DNA of 61,602 nucleotides, filler included, from Bonamia ostreae (GCA_040357525.1; 10 parts of 10 records of this genome joined end to end with filler, not necessarily neighbours in it), one strand, 5' to 3'; positions 1 to 12,646 are shown, counted from the whole stretch's first letter. Notes: generated by a model from the sequence alone, not told the origin. Numbers and translations: made by a program.

Positions 1-369
1 CAAAAACAATGAAAAAGATTGGCGCAATTTGGTTTTGGGTAAATCAAAGTTTTGAATTTTGGATAATCATCAGACAAATATTTTAAAGAAACTGTTAAAG
101 AACGAAAAATGCTTCAAATCGATGGAAAACGAGAAAAAATAAAAATGATAATTCTTGAATATTTATTAAATTTCATATTTTTTATCTGTGAAATTTTTTA
201 CCTCTGAAAAAATTATAAAAAGGAGAAATGATTATAAATTTTGTAGTTAAAAAATTTAATTTTCACAAATTACATTTGATTGTCTCAATGAAAATATTAA
301 TAATTCGCATTCTTTACAGTAATCGATATTATCTAAAAACAAAAAAAATAATTTTGAATATTCAGAAAA

Positions 370-1122
370 ATGGAAAATTTTAAAATATACTGTTTTGTCG
401 GCGCATTCGTTTTTATCGCTTTGTTTATTATCGTTGTCGTTATCATTCTCAGAAACCGCAACGAAAAACTAAAGTCAATCGCATCTTATTCCTCTCAATT
501 CGACCGACTTTACAAAATCTCGTTCCCTTTTCTTGCTTTTTGGGTAACAGAAATATTACAAGATCAGAGAGAGACGATGGAAATGTTTCTTGCTGTGGAT
601 TTTCTCAAACACCTCAAAAAAGACACTAAAGAATGCAAATCGATGAAAACAAAAATGACCAGATATTTTAAAAATTATGTGAAAAGTGGCAAATTTGTTT
701 ATTCAAATGTCGTTTCAAAGATTAATTCGCAAAAAGGCATTAACGACAGAACAGTTGATCTGGTTTACAAGGAGTTATTTCAGATCACAGAGGCACATTT
801 TACAAATTTCAGGAGTAGATTTGCAGCGAAACTTAGATATGACTTTTATAAATACTATTCAAGAGCAAGGCCTCTGATGTATCTGTTGATGGCAACAAAG
901 ACAATTACGTATGTTGAAATCCAAGAATTGAGTTTGAAACCTTTGCATAGAGTGGCGAGAGGTATCTGGAAAAAATGGGCGAAAGCGTCGTTTTTGTTTT
1001 ATAGCTTTGACTATTGCGATGAAGATTTAGAAAAGGACGACTGCGTTAAGGATGACAATATCATTAAAAGGATCAAAATTAAAGTGGAAGATTATTTGAA
1101 TGGGAATGTGTACTTCTATTAA
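370..1122 (+). CDS. Hypothetical protein with N-terminal transmembrane anchor (250 aa, intronless)
   Basis: Long open ORF with AAAAATG start; hydrophobic stretch CFVGAFVFIALFIIVVVIIL followed by basic residues; no family recognised. Confidence 0.7.
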   Translation: MENFKIYCFVGAFVFIALFIIVVVIILRNRNEKLKSIASYSSQFDRLYKISFPFLAFWVTEILQDQRETMEMFLAVDFLKHLKKDTKECKSMKTKMTRYFKNYVKSGKFVYSNVVSKINSQKGINDRTVDLVYKELFQITEAHFTNFRSRFAAKLRYDFYKYYSRARPLMYLLMATKTITYVEIQELSLKPLHRVARGIWKKWAKASFLFYSFDYCDEDLEKDDCVKDDNIIKRIKIKVEDYLNGNVYFY

Positions 1123-2021
1123 ATCATTGATCTTTGATTTTATTAAATTATTTTTGCTAAAATTAGTAGTGCAATCAAATTTCCGTTGTCTTCAAAAACG
1201 ACGCGGAATATAAATTGAACAATTTCCGTTGTAAAGTGGGAGTGATTATTTTGCGATTGTTTGGTTTGCTCAAAACAAAATTTTTATATGTCGAATTTGT
1301 CTGTTTAATCAGAGACTTTGCATATTCAGTTAAATATTTTCAAGACGATAATTGAAAATTTTCAGTTAAATATGTCGCCGAACCAGAAAACATGNNNNNN
1401 NNNNNNNNNNNNNNNNNNNNNNNNNNNNNNNNNNNNNNNNNNNNNNNNNNNNNNNNNNNNNNNNNNNNNNNNNNNNNNNNNNNNNNNNNNNNNNTCAAGA
1501 CGATAATTGAAAATTTTCAGTTAAATATGTCGCCGAACCAGAAAACATGTTAAATATGTCTAATTAAAAAGTTTCTCAGCGCTTTTTATTATTTATTTAA
1601 AGAAGAACTGTTCGTTTGCGGTATATTCACTTCCCGTGTAAAAGTAATAAAAGTCAAATTTATCTCATTTATCGATATTTTCATTGCGATTGAGCATTTG
1701 TTGACATTATAAAATTTTATCGATTTGTTGCAAAAGTTGAATAAATTTATTTTCATTATCGCCAATTTTTGATAAATTTCGAAAACTTGCAGATTAAAGC
1801 GAATACAATTTTAGATTAAAGTTCAAACATTCAATTTTTTTTAATAAAATGATAACTGTTAGTTAACCGAAAAATAATAATTGATAAGTTGAATAAAAAT
1901 AATAATTGATAACACTTAAAAAATTTACGAAGCAAAATTTTTTAGGATAACATTACTTTTAATGAACTTTTTTTTACCTTTTTATATAGACTAAAAATGA
2001 TAAATAGAGAAAGAAATAACT

Positions 2022-3614
2022 TCAAAATTTATTTTTCTTTTTGATACTTTTTCTAGTTCCTTTCTTAATATCTTCAGAAAAAAGATAACAATGGGCCCAT
2101 CCGGCGTAATCACCGAAATAAGCTCTAAAGATATTACTGACTTCTAAATATCGCTTTTATGAAAAAGTAGAACTTTGTCTGTCAACGACTTAAAACGAGG
2201 AATATTAAGTTTCTCCCTCGATACTGTTAACATGTGTGTGTCTATTGGCACCGCCATGAACTTCTTCATCGAAAACAACAGAACGCAATCTGCTATTTTG
2301 TTGCCAACCCCTATTAAAGTTTCAATTAAATTCTAATTAAATATCTCTCCTACACTTCCGGATCTCCCGTCTCTTCGAGACAACAACCAAGTCGTTACGG
2401 TTACGAGAGTTTTAAGCAATAGACAGCGTTTGATATACGCTGGATTCTGTCTACAACAGAGTCATTAGGTTCTCTCCCTGACTCGGCTCTTTTTCGAGAG
2501 TCGAAATCAAGAACAATATTTGTCTCTCGTCGAAACTTTGTCAGGGAGCGAAAGCCTTTGACATCATTAGTGATGCCATTATTAAATATTTGTCTAACGA
2601 ATGCAGACTCGCTATCGAAATGCAATGATACCGCCGAAAAATTGTCATTATTTGGCACCGTGTGCAGACATTCAAAAGCGTGTGCGCGGGGGCGCAATAT
2701 ATGTATATGTGGACTTTTACAAAAATGGTCAATTCAAGGTTGATTGTTATGGATACAACCCAAGTTGTTTCAAAAACTTGGGATGGAAATTGCCAAAAAC
2801 CGTGCAATTTTTTTAGCTCTCTAAAAGCTTTATCGTAACTTAATTCTTTGATGTTGTTCAAAAATGTGAAGTCGTTGTAGTTTTGGTCAATTTTGGTGTT
2901 TGTCAATTTCTCTTCGTTCTTGATCAGAAAACTGGCGATCGCCTTAAGATATTTGAATCTGTATCCGAGATTCAATCTCACTTGATCGGTTTCATCAAGA
3001 TGGGCCATTCTGTACACAGTCGGGAATTTTTTCAAACACAATTTAGTGCCCTCGAGAAAAATTGGTTCCCCGTAGTACTGTTTTAGATCGTTTACCATTC
3101 TCTGAATACGCGGAATATTGTTGTTAGTCGAGCAAACGAACGAAAACAGACTTTTAGGTGAGTTGATATGAAACCAATCAACAATGTCTTGATTGATGAT
3201 CCTCAAACCTTCAAATTTTTCATACAGTTTATTAAAATTCAAGCTATTTTTCCATTTTGTTTCATATTCGCGTGAAACCGAAAAATCGATGTTGAAATAA
3301 TCTTGAATCTCTTTTCTCTTCTTTTCACCGATTTGCACTTTTTTCCCAAATGAATCCCAGCAAGCCGTATAAACACGATGATCGCCTTGATTCTACAAAT
3401 TATTTAGGATTTTTTATTTTGGAACTTGTCGAAACGCAAGCGCGTGGTTATTTAAGGTGCCGAGATAAAATATCTGGGAAACCGAGTTGTGCGAAGAGAC
3501 AAATTTTTTCCAACCGAAAATTTGTCCCGATTCAAAAGTGTTTTTAATCGAAAGCACGCCCGGTTGCTTTACCAGCAAACTAAACTCTGTCTTCAACAGA
3601 AAACTTAGAAACAT
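2022..3614 (-). CDS. OGG1: 8-oxoguanine DNA glycosylase (4 exons; introns 3393-3425, 2311-2800, 2154-2173)
   Basis: After splicing: TFESGQIFGW, FSFVCSTNNNIPRIQRMV, LGYR, HhH-GPD motif LHGVGNKIADCVLLFS...VPIDTHM and C-terminal FGDYAGWAHCYLF. Confidence 0.93.
2345..2710 (-). ncRNA. Structured RNA inside OGG1 intron 2; snRNA-like (possible divergent U1), identity unproven
   Basis: GC-richer, non-repetitive block with many nested helices; stem-loop UAUC-AUUGCAUUUC-GAUA (2630-2613) matches the 10-nt, C-G-closed U1A-binding loop. Confidence 0.55.
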
Positions 3615-3713
3615 TAATAATTTCGAAGTTTTAAAATCGAGCTTTAGATTATATCAAATTACTAAAATAATATTACATTGAAAACCCAAAATAACAATTT
3701 TGCTAAAATTAAG

Positions 3714-6066
3714 ATGACGAAAAAGAAAGTAAGCAAACCTTCTTTAAAATCCCTAAACAACTCGATGGCCCGCAAACGCCGTCTGCTCCAAAGCAAGAAA
3801 AAGAAAATGGACCAAGACCACGCTGCCAAAGTTTATGAAGAATTTGTGGCATCTTTTTCGGTCAAACCTGTCACTAAAAAACAGTTTAATCTTTATTTTC
3901 CCTTTTTGCTTTCACTCTTTTTTTGCACGACAGAAATTTTACTCTAATGGCTCCGAGGTCTTTTAGTTCTTCGCAAACAAAAAAATCCATTTCTGACAGA
4001 AAACGCAGCAGAAAAACTGTTAAAAATATCGATCTTTTTGTGCAGGAGATGAAATTGTAATTTTTATTTTCAAATGGATTTATTTCAGTCTTTCCAAAAA
4101 TTTTTGTTCATTTTAACTTTGCTTTAGCGATAAAACGGATTTATAATAATCGTCCATTTTAACACTAAAAAATTTTATAATCGTCCAATTTTTTAATTTG
4201 GAATTAAAAAATCGTCCAGTTTTTATTATAATGTCCAAATATTAATTTTTGCGCCAAATGGATTTAATGTCGCACTTATTTGTAAATTACGGCAGAAATG
4301 CGATTTCTAGAAAGAAAGAACAAAAAAATCAAAATTTTCTGCGCATCGAAAAGAGCTTCGAACAATCCGATCCTCAAACCAAAAATGTTTTAATTTCGAA
4401 TTTGCCCGACGATTTGAGCGAGCAAGAACTGGCAATCGAAATGAGCAAATTTGGTCCTGTTGGCACAGTTCGAATTTTCGTTGAATCGATTAACGGAAAA
4501 ACGATCAACAACGCGTTTGTCAATTTTATGTGGCGAGACGATGCTCGGAATGCAATTAACGCTTTGAACGACCAGATTCTATTCGACAAAATTGTCACTC
4601 TTTCAATGGAAAAAGTTTTACCGCCAGTTTGGTATCCAATTCAATTTGGGAAAAAGGAAGCGACTGTCGTCGACATTGATCAACTAAAAAACGTCGAAAT
4701 GAGAACAGTCGAAATGATCAAAGACGACAAAACTCGTCGTCTCATCGACGCAGTTGCTACTTTTGTTAGCAAAGAAGGATATTTATTTGAAGTTTATTTC
4801 TTTTCGTTGGCAAAAAAGCCTTTATTTTTATATTTTTTCAAACAATTTTTAATATTTTTTTCAAACAATTTTAATTTCAATTTTTAATATTTTTTTTATT
4901 TTTTAATATTACTTCGAACAATTTTATTTTTTAATATTTTTTTCGATTTTAATTTCGATTTTTTAAATATTTGGAACAATTTTAAAATGTTACTGAACAA
5001 AAGAAACATTTCATTGAAATCCATGCAGAAGACCCGAACTTCGATTTTATTACAGAAACGAAAACTCCCAAAAATCTTTATTATCGATGGAGAGTTTACT
5101 CGCTGTCACAGGGCGATTCTCTGGACGATTGGTCTCTAAAACCATTTCGAATAATAGAAAACGGTCCTCTTTGGATCCCTCCATCGAAGAATCGCCAAAA
5201 TACCTCTTCGAATACGTTAATCAACTTAAAAATTTAGCAAATCGACGCAAAAACCTATAACGAAATTCGAGAGAAAAAAGTCGATTACGAAATTTATGAA
5301 AGAGAACAAACGGGATGAATTGGATCAAATTTTAAGCAATTTAGACAAAGACCGTTATTCAATCCGCGAAGCAATGGGCTTCTGCATCGACAATTCTGAA
5401 CACGCGATAGAAATCGCTGACACGATAACTGAATCGCTGATCGTCGAAGAAACGGATGTCAACAAAAGAATATCGCGTCTTTATCTCGTCTCCGATATTC
5501 TTCATAATAGCGATTCGTCTGTTCGAAATTCTTCGGCATACAGATCAGAGTAAGCTTTAAAACTCAAAATAACTATATGTAAAACTGTTGATAAAATTTT
5601 GACAATTGTTTCGAGAACGTTCCAGTGCCATTAATCATCTGTCAATTAGCAGTATTTTAATTTCTCTGTCAAACCATTTTGAAAAAGCTACAAAAGTCGA
5701 ACTATATGCCAAACGACTAAAATAATATATTCGAATGTAAATTTTTGTCACTTTTCGGAATGGTTAGACGTCATTTATGTTTTGAAAAGATTTCAACGCA
5801 ATTTGGAAGAGATTTTCGCCGGATTGCACAGCGGATACAGCAAAATAGACGGGCGAATAACAGCAGAAAAAATGAAAGAAGACGTTTTGACTGTTCTCAA
5901 CGTATGGCAGGCTTGGTCGTTGTTCCCTGTTACTCTGTTAAATTCCTTGGAAGCCACATTTCTCTCCGTCCCCAAAGAGGAGACTGTTCTAGGCGTGAAC
6001 AAAGAGGAAAATGAAGACATTGACGGCGTTCCTTTGGAAGAGGATATTGACGGATTTCAAATTTAG
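3714..6066 (+). CDS. U2SURP: U2 snRNP-associated SURP-motif protein (SR140-like: RRM, SURP, CID); 5 introns
   Basis: AAKVYEEFVASF, DPQTKNVLISNL...FGPVGTVRI (RRM), IDAVATFVSKEGYLFE...YYRWRVYSL (SURP), IREAMGFCIDNSEHA...RLYLVSDILHNS (CID). Confidence 0.9.
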
Positions 6067-6201
6067 TTTTAATTTATTTTCCAACATTATATTGCCAAGT
6101 TTGTAAAAAACTTAAGCACATCTCTTCTGATCAATCTAAATTATGAGCTCTAAACTATATAATATTTACATATAATTAAAATGAAAAATGTCACATATAT
6201 T

Positions 6202-6301
6202 NNNNNNNNNNNNNNNNNNNNNNNNNNNNNNNNNNNNNNNNNNNNTTAATTAATTAANNNNNNNNNNNNNNNNNNNNNNNNNNNNNNNNNNNNNNNNNNN
6301 N
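6202..6301. other. Artificial contig linker N44-TTAATTAATTAA-N44 (same at 12458, 18681, 24892, 31057, 37204, 43306, 49408, 55509)
   Basis: Identical 100-nt spacer with stops in all six frames, separating contigs of steadily decreasing length. Confidence 0.98.
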
Positions 6302-6507
6302 GATTTATTGCTGTTTCTTATTCTTTTTCCTGTTATCCTCTTCATCTATTCGCTGATGAACAATTTTTGGCAATGTTTTGACTGAATTTTTGACTTTTAA
6401 ACCAATTTTCGCCAAAGATTCTATTATTTTTTAATATTTGAAAATCAACATTGAAAAAGACAAATTTTACATAAAAATATAGCGAACAAAAATCAATTTT
6501 TATTAAA

Positions 6508-8148
6508 TTAACCGATATTTTCTGGTGCGCTTTTAATATCCTCGTTGTTTTTGATATCGATGTCCAAAGTTTTTTCTGGCGCTCTTAAATCCAAATCTTC
6601 GATTTGATCCGATTTGTCCAAATTTGCGATTTGTTGTTCATTTCGATCGTCTTTAAACGAAATCTGTTGTTTTTCGTTGTTCTGTAATTGTGTCAAATTT
6701 TTTTCGATTTTGCTTTTTTCGAATTCGTTTTTGTCCAAATCGTTCGTTTTTTTATCGTCCAAAACCGATTTTGAGTCGATTGAAGAGATCTTCAGTTTTT
6801 TCGAAGGGTTGATCGTTGACGTTATTTGGTTGTTTTGTGTTGTTGGATCGGTTTCGGTTGTGGAATTGGTCGTTATTGATATTTTTCTGAGGTCGTTGTT
6901 GATGTTATTTATATTCCTGTTATCATTGATGCTGTTATCTATTTGATAGACAGGCGCCGGAATCTGACTTTTGCCGCCAGTGATATAAAACGGCGCGGGA
7001 ATCTTGCTGCAATTCATATTAACAATGACAGATCCCCTCGGATTCTCTCTAATCTCCTTCAAAGCAGCTCTGTTGCCAGAATTCTCAGCCAAAAATTGAA
7101 TATTTGTGCTCTTCAATCTTGCAATTTTCTCTTTATATTTCCGCAAACGATTTATCGCTTCCGCAAGAACGCTTATCTGGTCCACGCTCTTATTCCTTTT
7201 GCAATTTTTTCAGATTAATCGCAAATCGCAAATCGCCAAAAATTGCAAATAATCGCAATTTTTAACAAATTTGCAAAATTTAAACAAAAAATAAATTTAC
7301 AAAAATTTTCGATCCATTTTCAAAATCAAAAATATGCAAAAATAAAAACGATCCGTAAAGCACATGAGACAACTCGTCAAACTTATCAGACAAGTTCCGG
7401 CGCATCAATCTCGACTTCTTCGACTTCTCAATGCGCTTATTTTTAATGTTCAGAAAAATAGGCGCAGACGTCGAGATGTCGGGAGCGCTCGAAAGGGAAC
7501 TTGGACTGCGGTTGCCGATGTAATTTTTCAACGAGAGATCGTCGTTGTATTTATAATCGTTCATTTCGCAATAAGTTTCTTCGATGTTTCCGATATTCGT
7601 GTTTATTTCTGGTTTGCTCATTCTATATTGATATTGATTATTTTTTCCGTGTACTTGAAGAATTTGAGTGTTGGGATTCAATTCAGCAACAATAAGATTG
7701 TTCTCTTCGTTGGCGGGAAGGGTGGCATCATCATCTGATTTTTGATTTTTTTTGATTTCATTGTGTCTTTTGCAAATTTTGTCAGGCGTCATTATGTCTT
7801 TGTTTTTGTTTAATTGGATATATCAAATTTGAAAAAAAAATGAAAAATCAGTTGGAACGCGAATTATCGCGAATTCAAATAGAAAAATAAAGATTAATTA
7901 AAAATTGCAGATAAATTGATATAAAGAGAAATTGTTTTTTCTGTTTCAAATATCGATTTTTTAATTTTTCGCTTAAATTCGTTTTTAATTAATTTTGATC
8001 AAATTTTTTATTTTGCAAATTTTGTTTTAAATTATTTTCGCAAATTATTTTTCGATTCGAATTTAAATAAAATTATCACTTCTATGAAACCTGAAACATT
8101 AATTTTTCTGTTGATTTGCGAATTTGAGTAACCAAAGCTATGTTCCAT
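6508..8148 (-). CDS. bHLH(-ZIP) transcription factor with low-complexity Asn/Lys tail
   Basis: Removing intron 7196-7349 joins KSKKSRLMRRNLSDKFDELSHVLYGS to NKSVDQISVLAEAINRLRKYKEKIARLK (basic-helix1-loop-helix2-zipper). Confidence 0.75.
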
Positions 8149-8470
8149 TGATTTGTTTTTTGAATTTTTGTTATTCGTGAAAATTAGTGAATTCGTTTTC
8201 AATCTTTTAAAAATGAACATATTTAAATTATCATTTTAATTTTTTGGCATTTTTTTAATATTGAAGCGTTTTTAGATGTTTTAAAAGATTTATCTTATCT
8301 GTGCTTTCTATATTTCTGACTAAAAATATTTTTGTAGAGATGCTCCATTAAATTTGAATATTTTCAAAGATTTTTTGCCCATTAAATTTTGCACAAAGCA
8401 TTTAAATTTTTAAGCGAAACAAAAATATTCGTTAACAAAATTTTTCTACATTAAAAAAAGTCTTAAATAT

Positions 8471-10077
8471 TTAAGCATAGACATTTTCAGATTTCTCAAG
8501 ATCATCAAATGCTTTGTCTTCTACACTTTTCGCCGTTTCTGGTTCTCCAAGTTTTCTTTTTTTAACTTTCTTCTTTAATTCTTTCTGCTTTTTTTCCAAT
8601 TCTTTCAATAATTTTTCTTCCCTTTTTTTGCGAAGCTCTTTTTCCTTTTGTTCTTGTTTCCTTTTTTCTTCCTGTTTCTTTTTGAACTCATTCGCTTTCT
8701 TTTTGGCTTCGAGTTCCAATCTTTTGGCATCTTCCATTTTCTTCTTTTCCTTCTTTTCTTGAACAGAATCTGAAAATGTAACAAAAAACTTGTGAACAAC
8801 ATAAACTCGCCGACTTTCTCGTCTCCAAACACAACCACTTGTTTGGCCTTAAACCGCAAATCCATCGCTCCCGATTTTGCGATTATTTTAATCGACGTCT
8901 TTTCTTCATCCGATTCGTAAGCTGTCACCAACGCGTGGAATTCTTCGCCCTTTTTGACTTTTGGGAATTCGATTCTAGAAACGTCGACCAAAGTTTCGTT
9001 TTTGCTGACCCATTTGTTGTTCTTTCCTTCGCCGACCAATCTTCCGATTTCTTTATTTTAGCGAACTGGAAAACCTGGACGGTAAATTGCGATCGAACGG
9101 ATTTGGTCAAAGTTCTCCAATTGAATGTGGCTCGTTTCGAAGGAATCGGGAAAGACAGAGACATAACTTCTATTTTCTGCGTCGACAATCATTGTGCAGT
9201 CGAGATAATCAGGACTAATGTCGGGTTCGCCTTTTGCGATGACCTTCAAAATCGGTTTATTGTTTTTGCTGAATTGATGCATCGGAGCCACTTTTTTTTT
9301 TATTTTTCGATCAAAAAACTTTTTAAGACTATTTTCGAGACTTTTCTCTTTTCGAATTTGATGTACTTCTTTTTCGGCGAAGAATTTGATTTTGGAGTAA
9401 CCGTCGTGTTCATTTGATGGAAATCTTTTCTTTTTTTTCGAATTTTTGATGTTGCAAGTTTGTATTTAAAGTGCAAAATTTTTGTTGACGAAAAATTGTT
9501 CAAATTTTGTTACAAAATGAAAAACTTGACATCAACGCCATTTTTTAGTTTGTAAGGCTCTGTAAAAGGAACAGTTGTATACAACTGGACATCTTTCACA
9601 AAATTGTATTTTTGTAAATTATTCGTTCTCGAATCGGTCAAAAATTCCAAAATCACAAAACGAGCTGCTCCGACGTTTTTGAACTTGAAAACGATCGGCT
9701 TTCCGTTTGTAATGTCACTGCAATGCATTCTCTTTACTCCGGCTTTGCTTTTTTCGTTTGTTGATTTAGAAATGTAGACATTCACCATTTTGAGATTATT
9801 GCACTTTGGAGAATCTTCGTTTTTGAATTTTAGAAATTATTTTGAAATTACTGAGAACGACTTTGAGAGTCGATATGAAAGTGGGATATCTCAGGTCGTA
9901 GAGAATGCTTTGTTCGGGATTTCTTATCAGTAAATGCATCCCTTTTTTGCTTTCACGTACCTCGCCCTTAAATTTGAGGACGTGTTTTAAAGCAATTGGT
10001 GCCTCTAGCGAGATATCTGTTACGCAAAAGGTAAACAGATAAAAGAGACAAAAATATAAAAATCGCTTTGATTCCAT
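8471..10077 (-). CDS. Hypothetical secreted protein with Lys/Glu-rich coiled-coil tail; 5 introns
   Basis: Signal-peptide-like MESKRFLYFCLFYLFTFCVT; ORF fragments join in frame through GT-AG introns. Confidence 0.65.
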
Positions 10078-10874
10078 TTTTGTTTTTTTATATTGTAAAT
10101 TTTATTTAATTGGTTTATTTTTTGACTGAAAATTAGAAGTGCGCGATATAAATTGGGGTTAGCAAATATTAATGGTAACAATATAGTTTTTTTCGATCAG
10201 GAATTGATGGAATTGGTAATTTATTTTTAGGCGCCGTTACTTTTTGTAAATTAGCCGTCGGGCTCTTATAGCACTTTTCATCGTTACTTTTTTCTGTCGC
10301 GCACGCGTCCTTTATTTCTAGTAATAGAGCATAAATTTTAATATAGTCATTTTAATATCGTCACTTTGCGGTTCTTGATTAAAGATTTTAAATGTTCAGA
10401 TCAATGTCTCTAAATCCTTTTCATTTAAAGACGCAATGTTAATATTTTACTTGTAATCTTTTTTCCTTTTGCCGCTAAGGCAACCATTTATTCCGAATTC
10501 ATTGGCCATTAAAATAACGAAAAAGAATTTTTAATAGGAAAATAATTTTTTTTGAATGGTCTGAGACTAAAATAAATTTGGGATCGCCACCTCTAATTTT
10601 TGGTAATAAAGATATTGAACATTAAATATTTGACCGACCATTAAAATAAAAATAAAGATATTGACCGACCATTAAATATTTGGTAATAACGGTCGTGTAT
10701 TTTTTAAAGATGTTTTTAATTACTGTTTTTTTTTTAAAGAATAAAATTTTTTTTATATTTTTAGTGTTTTTGATGTCGTTAACAGCACGTCATTTACAAA
10801 ATTATCGATTTCTTAAATTAGCTTTATATGGATACTCGTTAAAGTTTCAACGCTGTTAAATCTACAATTAAAAG

Positions 10875-12247
10875 ATGGCTTCTGTGGAGAGCAGTTACAT
10901 TTCTAAAGAAAACGAGATCGATCACGCATCTGACTTTTCTTTTAAGGTCTATTCGATTTTTTTGTAAAATTTGGTATTTTTTAGTTGCAGAAAAAATCAA
11001 TATTTTTGCTTATTCAATAATTTAGCGTTTTTTTGTAAAAAAATCAACATTTTTGCTTATTCTGCGTTTTTTTGTAAAAAAATGAACATTTTTGCTTATT
11101 CGATAATTTTTCCGTTTTTTAAAATCAACATTTTTACTTACTCGATAATTTTTACACAAATCTAGTGATCACATATTTATAAATTTGCTTATCAAACATA
11201 CAACCACAAAAGCTAAACTTTAGTTTACAATATTATATCACATTACGCTATCACCGAAAATAAGCTTTTGAGTTAATGTATCAAGAAAATAATTCAAAGA
11301 GGTTCCCAAGCTACCAGCACAATCCCACGATGGTCTACCCCCAAATGAACGCGATGGGCGCCAACGTCTCCGGCGCACCGCCTCTCAACGAAGGACTCCC
11401 CAACCAAAGAAACCGTTTCTTGTACGAAAGCAGAACGCACAACGTGAACCAATGGAGCCAGGACCCCCAAAGCCAGCAGAAAGCGATTTACGCCGCAGCC
11501 GCTTCCGCGGCCAATCTCGACTCGCTCTACAGCGAAAACAACCGCTTCGGCGACAAAGTCCCGTTTCTGGGCTCCTTCTTCGACAGACAAGCGCTCAGAA
11601 ACGAGTTCGAGCACTTCATCCTGTTGAAGCTGGCCGCGGGAAAGGAGACCGATTTGACAGACGGCCCTCTCCCCTCCTATCTCGCCACCCACTCGAAAGC
11701 CGCCACCTCGCCGCCGACCTCCTCCCCCTCCGCGACGGAGAAAACCGAAACGCCCAAAAAGCCGACCGAAAAACTGCTGAAAAAACAGTTTTTCGACGAC
11801 TTTCCGGAGAGCAGCAGCAACAAAAATAGCGAACAGAACGAAGAACGCCCCGCGCAGCAGAACTACAGCAGGCGCGGCTCGGCTCAAAACCGCAATGGCG
11901 ACTTCAGGGCAAAACGTTATGACGGTAATGGCCAGAGCAACCGCTACAGAGGACGCCGCGGGAATTACAGGGGCAACTCCCGCCGCGGAGACAACTTCCG
12001 CCGCGGGAATTACAGGGGCAGAGGCAATTACAAGAAATCGGATGAAGACAATTTTTATCAGAAACCGGAGCAGGTCGAAGAGCTGAGCGAGCGCAGCGAA
12101 TCGGCGGAGGTGGAGCCCGTCGAAGAAGCCGCGTGGGGGAAAGCAGGCGACAGCGGAGTCAGTTTTGGAGATGACGATAATGGTAAAAATGACGTTTCTT
12201 TTGGCGATGACAAGAAAAGCGGTGAGCAGAATGTTGAATTTGAATAA
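10875..12247 (+). CDS. Low-complexity RGG/RG-rich putative RNA-binding protein (intron 10947-11299)
   Basis: GC-rich codon usage; RGRRGNYRGNSRRGDNFRRGNYRGRGNY tract; upstream exon joins in frame. Confidence 0.65.
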
Positions 12248-12646
12248 AACTGTTCGACATTTTTTGTTTTATGTTTCGGCGTTATTTAAGTTTTGTGATT
12301 TTGTGTTAATGTTTTTTCTTTTTTGATTTATTTTTTCTGTTTAAAAGGTCTTTTTTGAATGGTCGTTTTTTTTGGGGGGTTGTTGTCTTTTTTGATTTTC
12401 TGTTGTGGTTGTGGTGGTGTTTTGTGGTGGTGTTGTGTTGGTTGTTTTGGTTGTGTTNNNNNNNNNNNNNNNNNNNNNNNNNNNNNNNNNNNNNNNNNNN
12501 NTTAATTAATTAANNNNNNNNNNNNNNNNNNNNNNNNNNNNNNNNNNNNNNNNNNNNATAAATTAATTATTTTTTCCTGGTTGATCTTTTATCCGATTTA
12601 AATTTAAAAAATTAAATCCGAACAGCCCAAAATAATTTAAAAAAGG

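Noticed and set aside
1335-1560. Direct repeat flanking the 100-N gap
   Set aside because: Same sequence on both sides of a scaffold gap; most likely an unmerged overlap or collapsed repeat
2394-2405. CGUAACCGUAAC (minus strand) as a telomerase RNA template
   Set aside because: It would encode TTACGG whereas the repeats seen are TTAGGG, and it lies near the 3' end of the structured block
2345-2697. Group II/I intron, hammerhead, RNase P/MRP, SRP, U2 or U6 identity for the structured block
   Set aside because: Starts UUGCG but has no domain V; no CUGANGA core; CR-I/CR-V and SRP helix 8 match only partly; U2-like (CUCGGC..AUCAAG) and U6-like (ACAGAG..AUUAG) plus-strand fragments lack GUAGUA and the AGC triad
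12360-12457. G/T-rich contig end as variant telomere
   Set aside because: No regular unit; looks like low-quality or low-complexity terminal sequence
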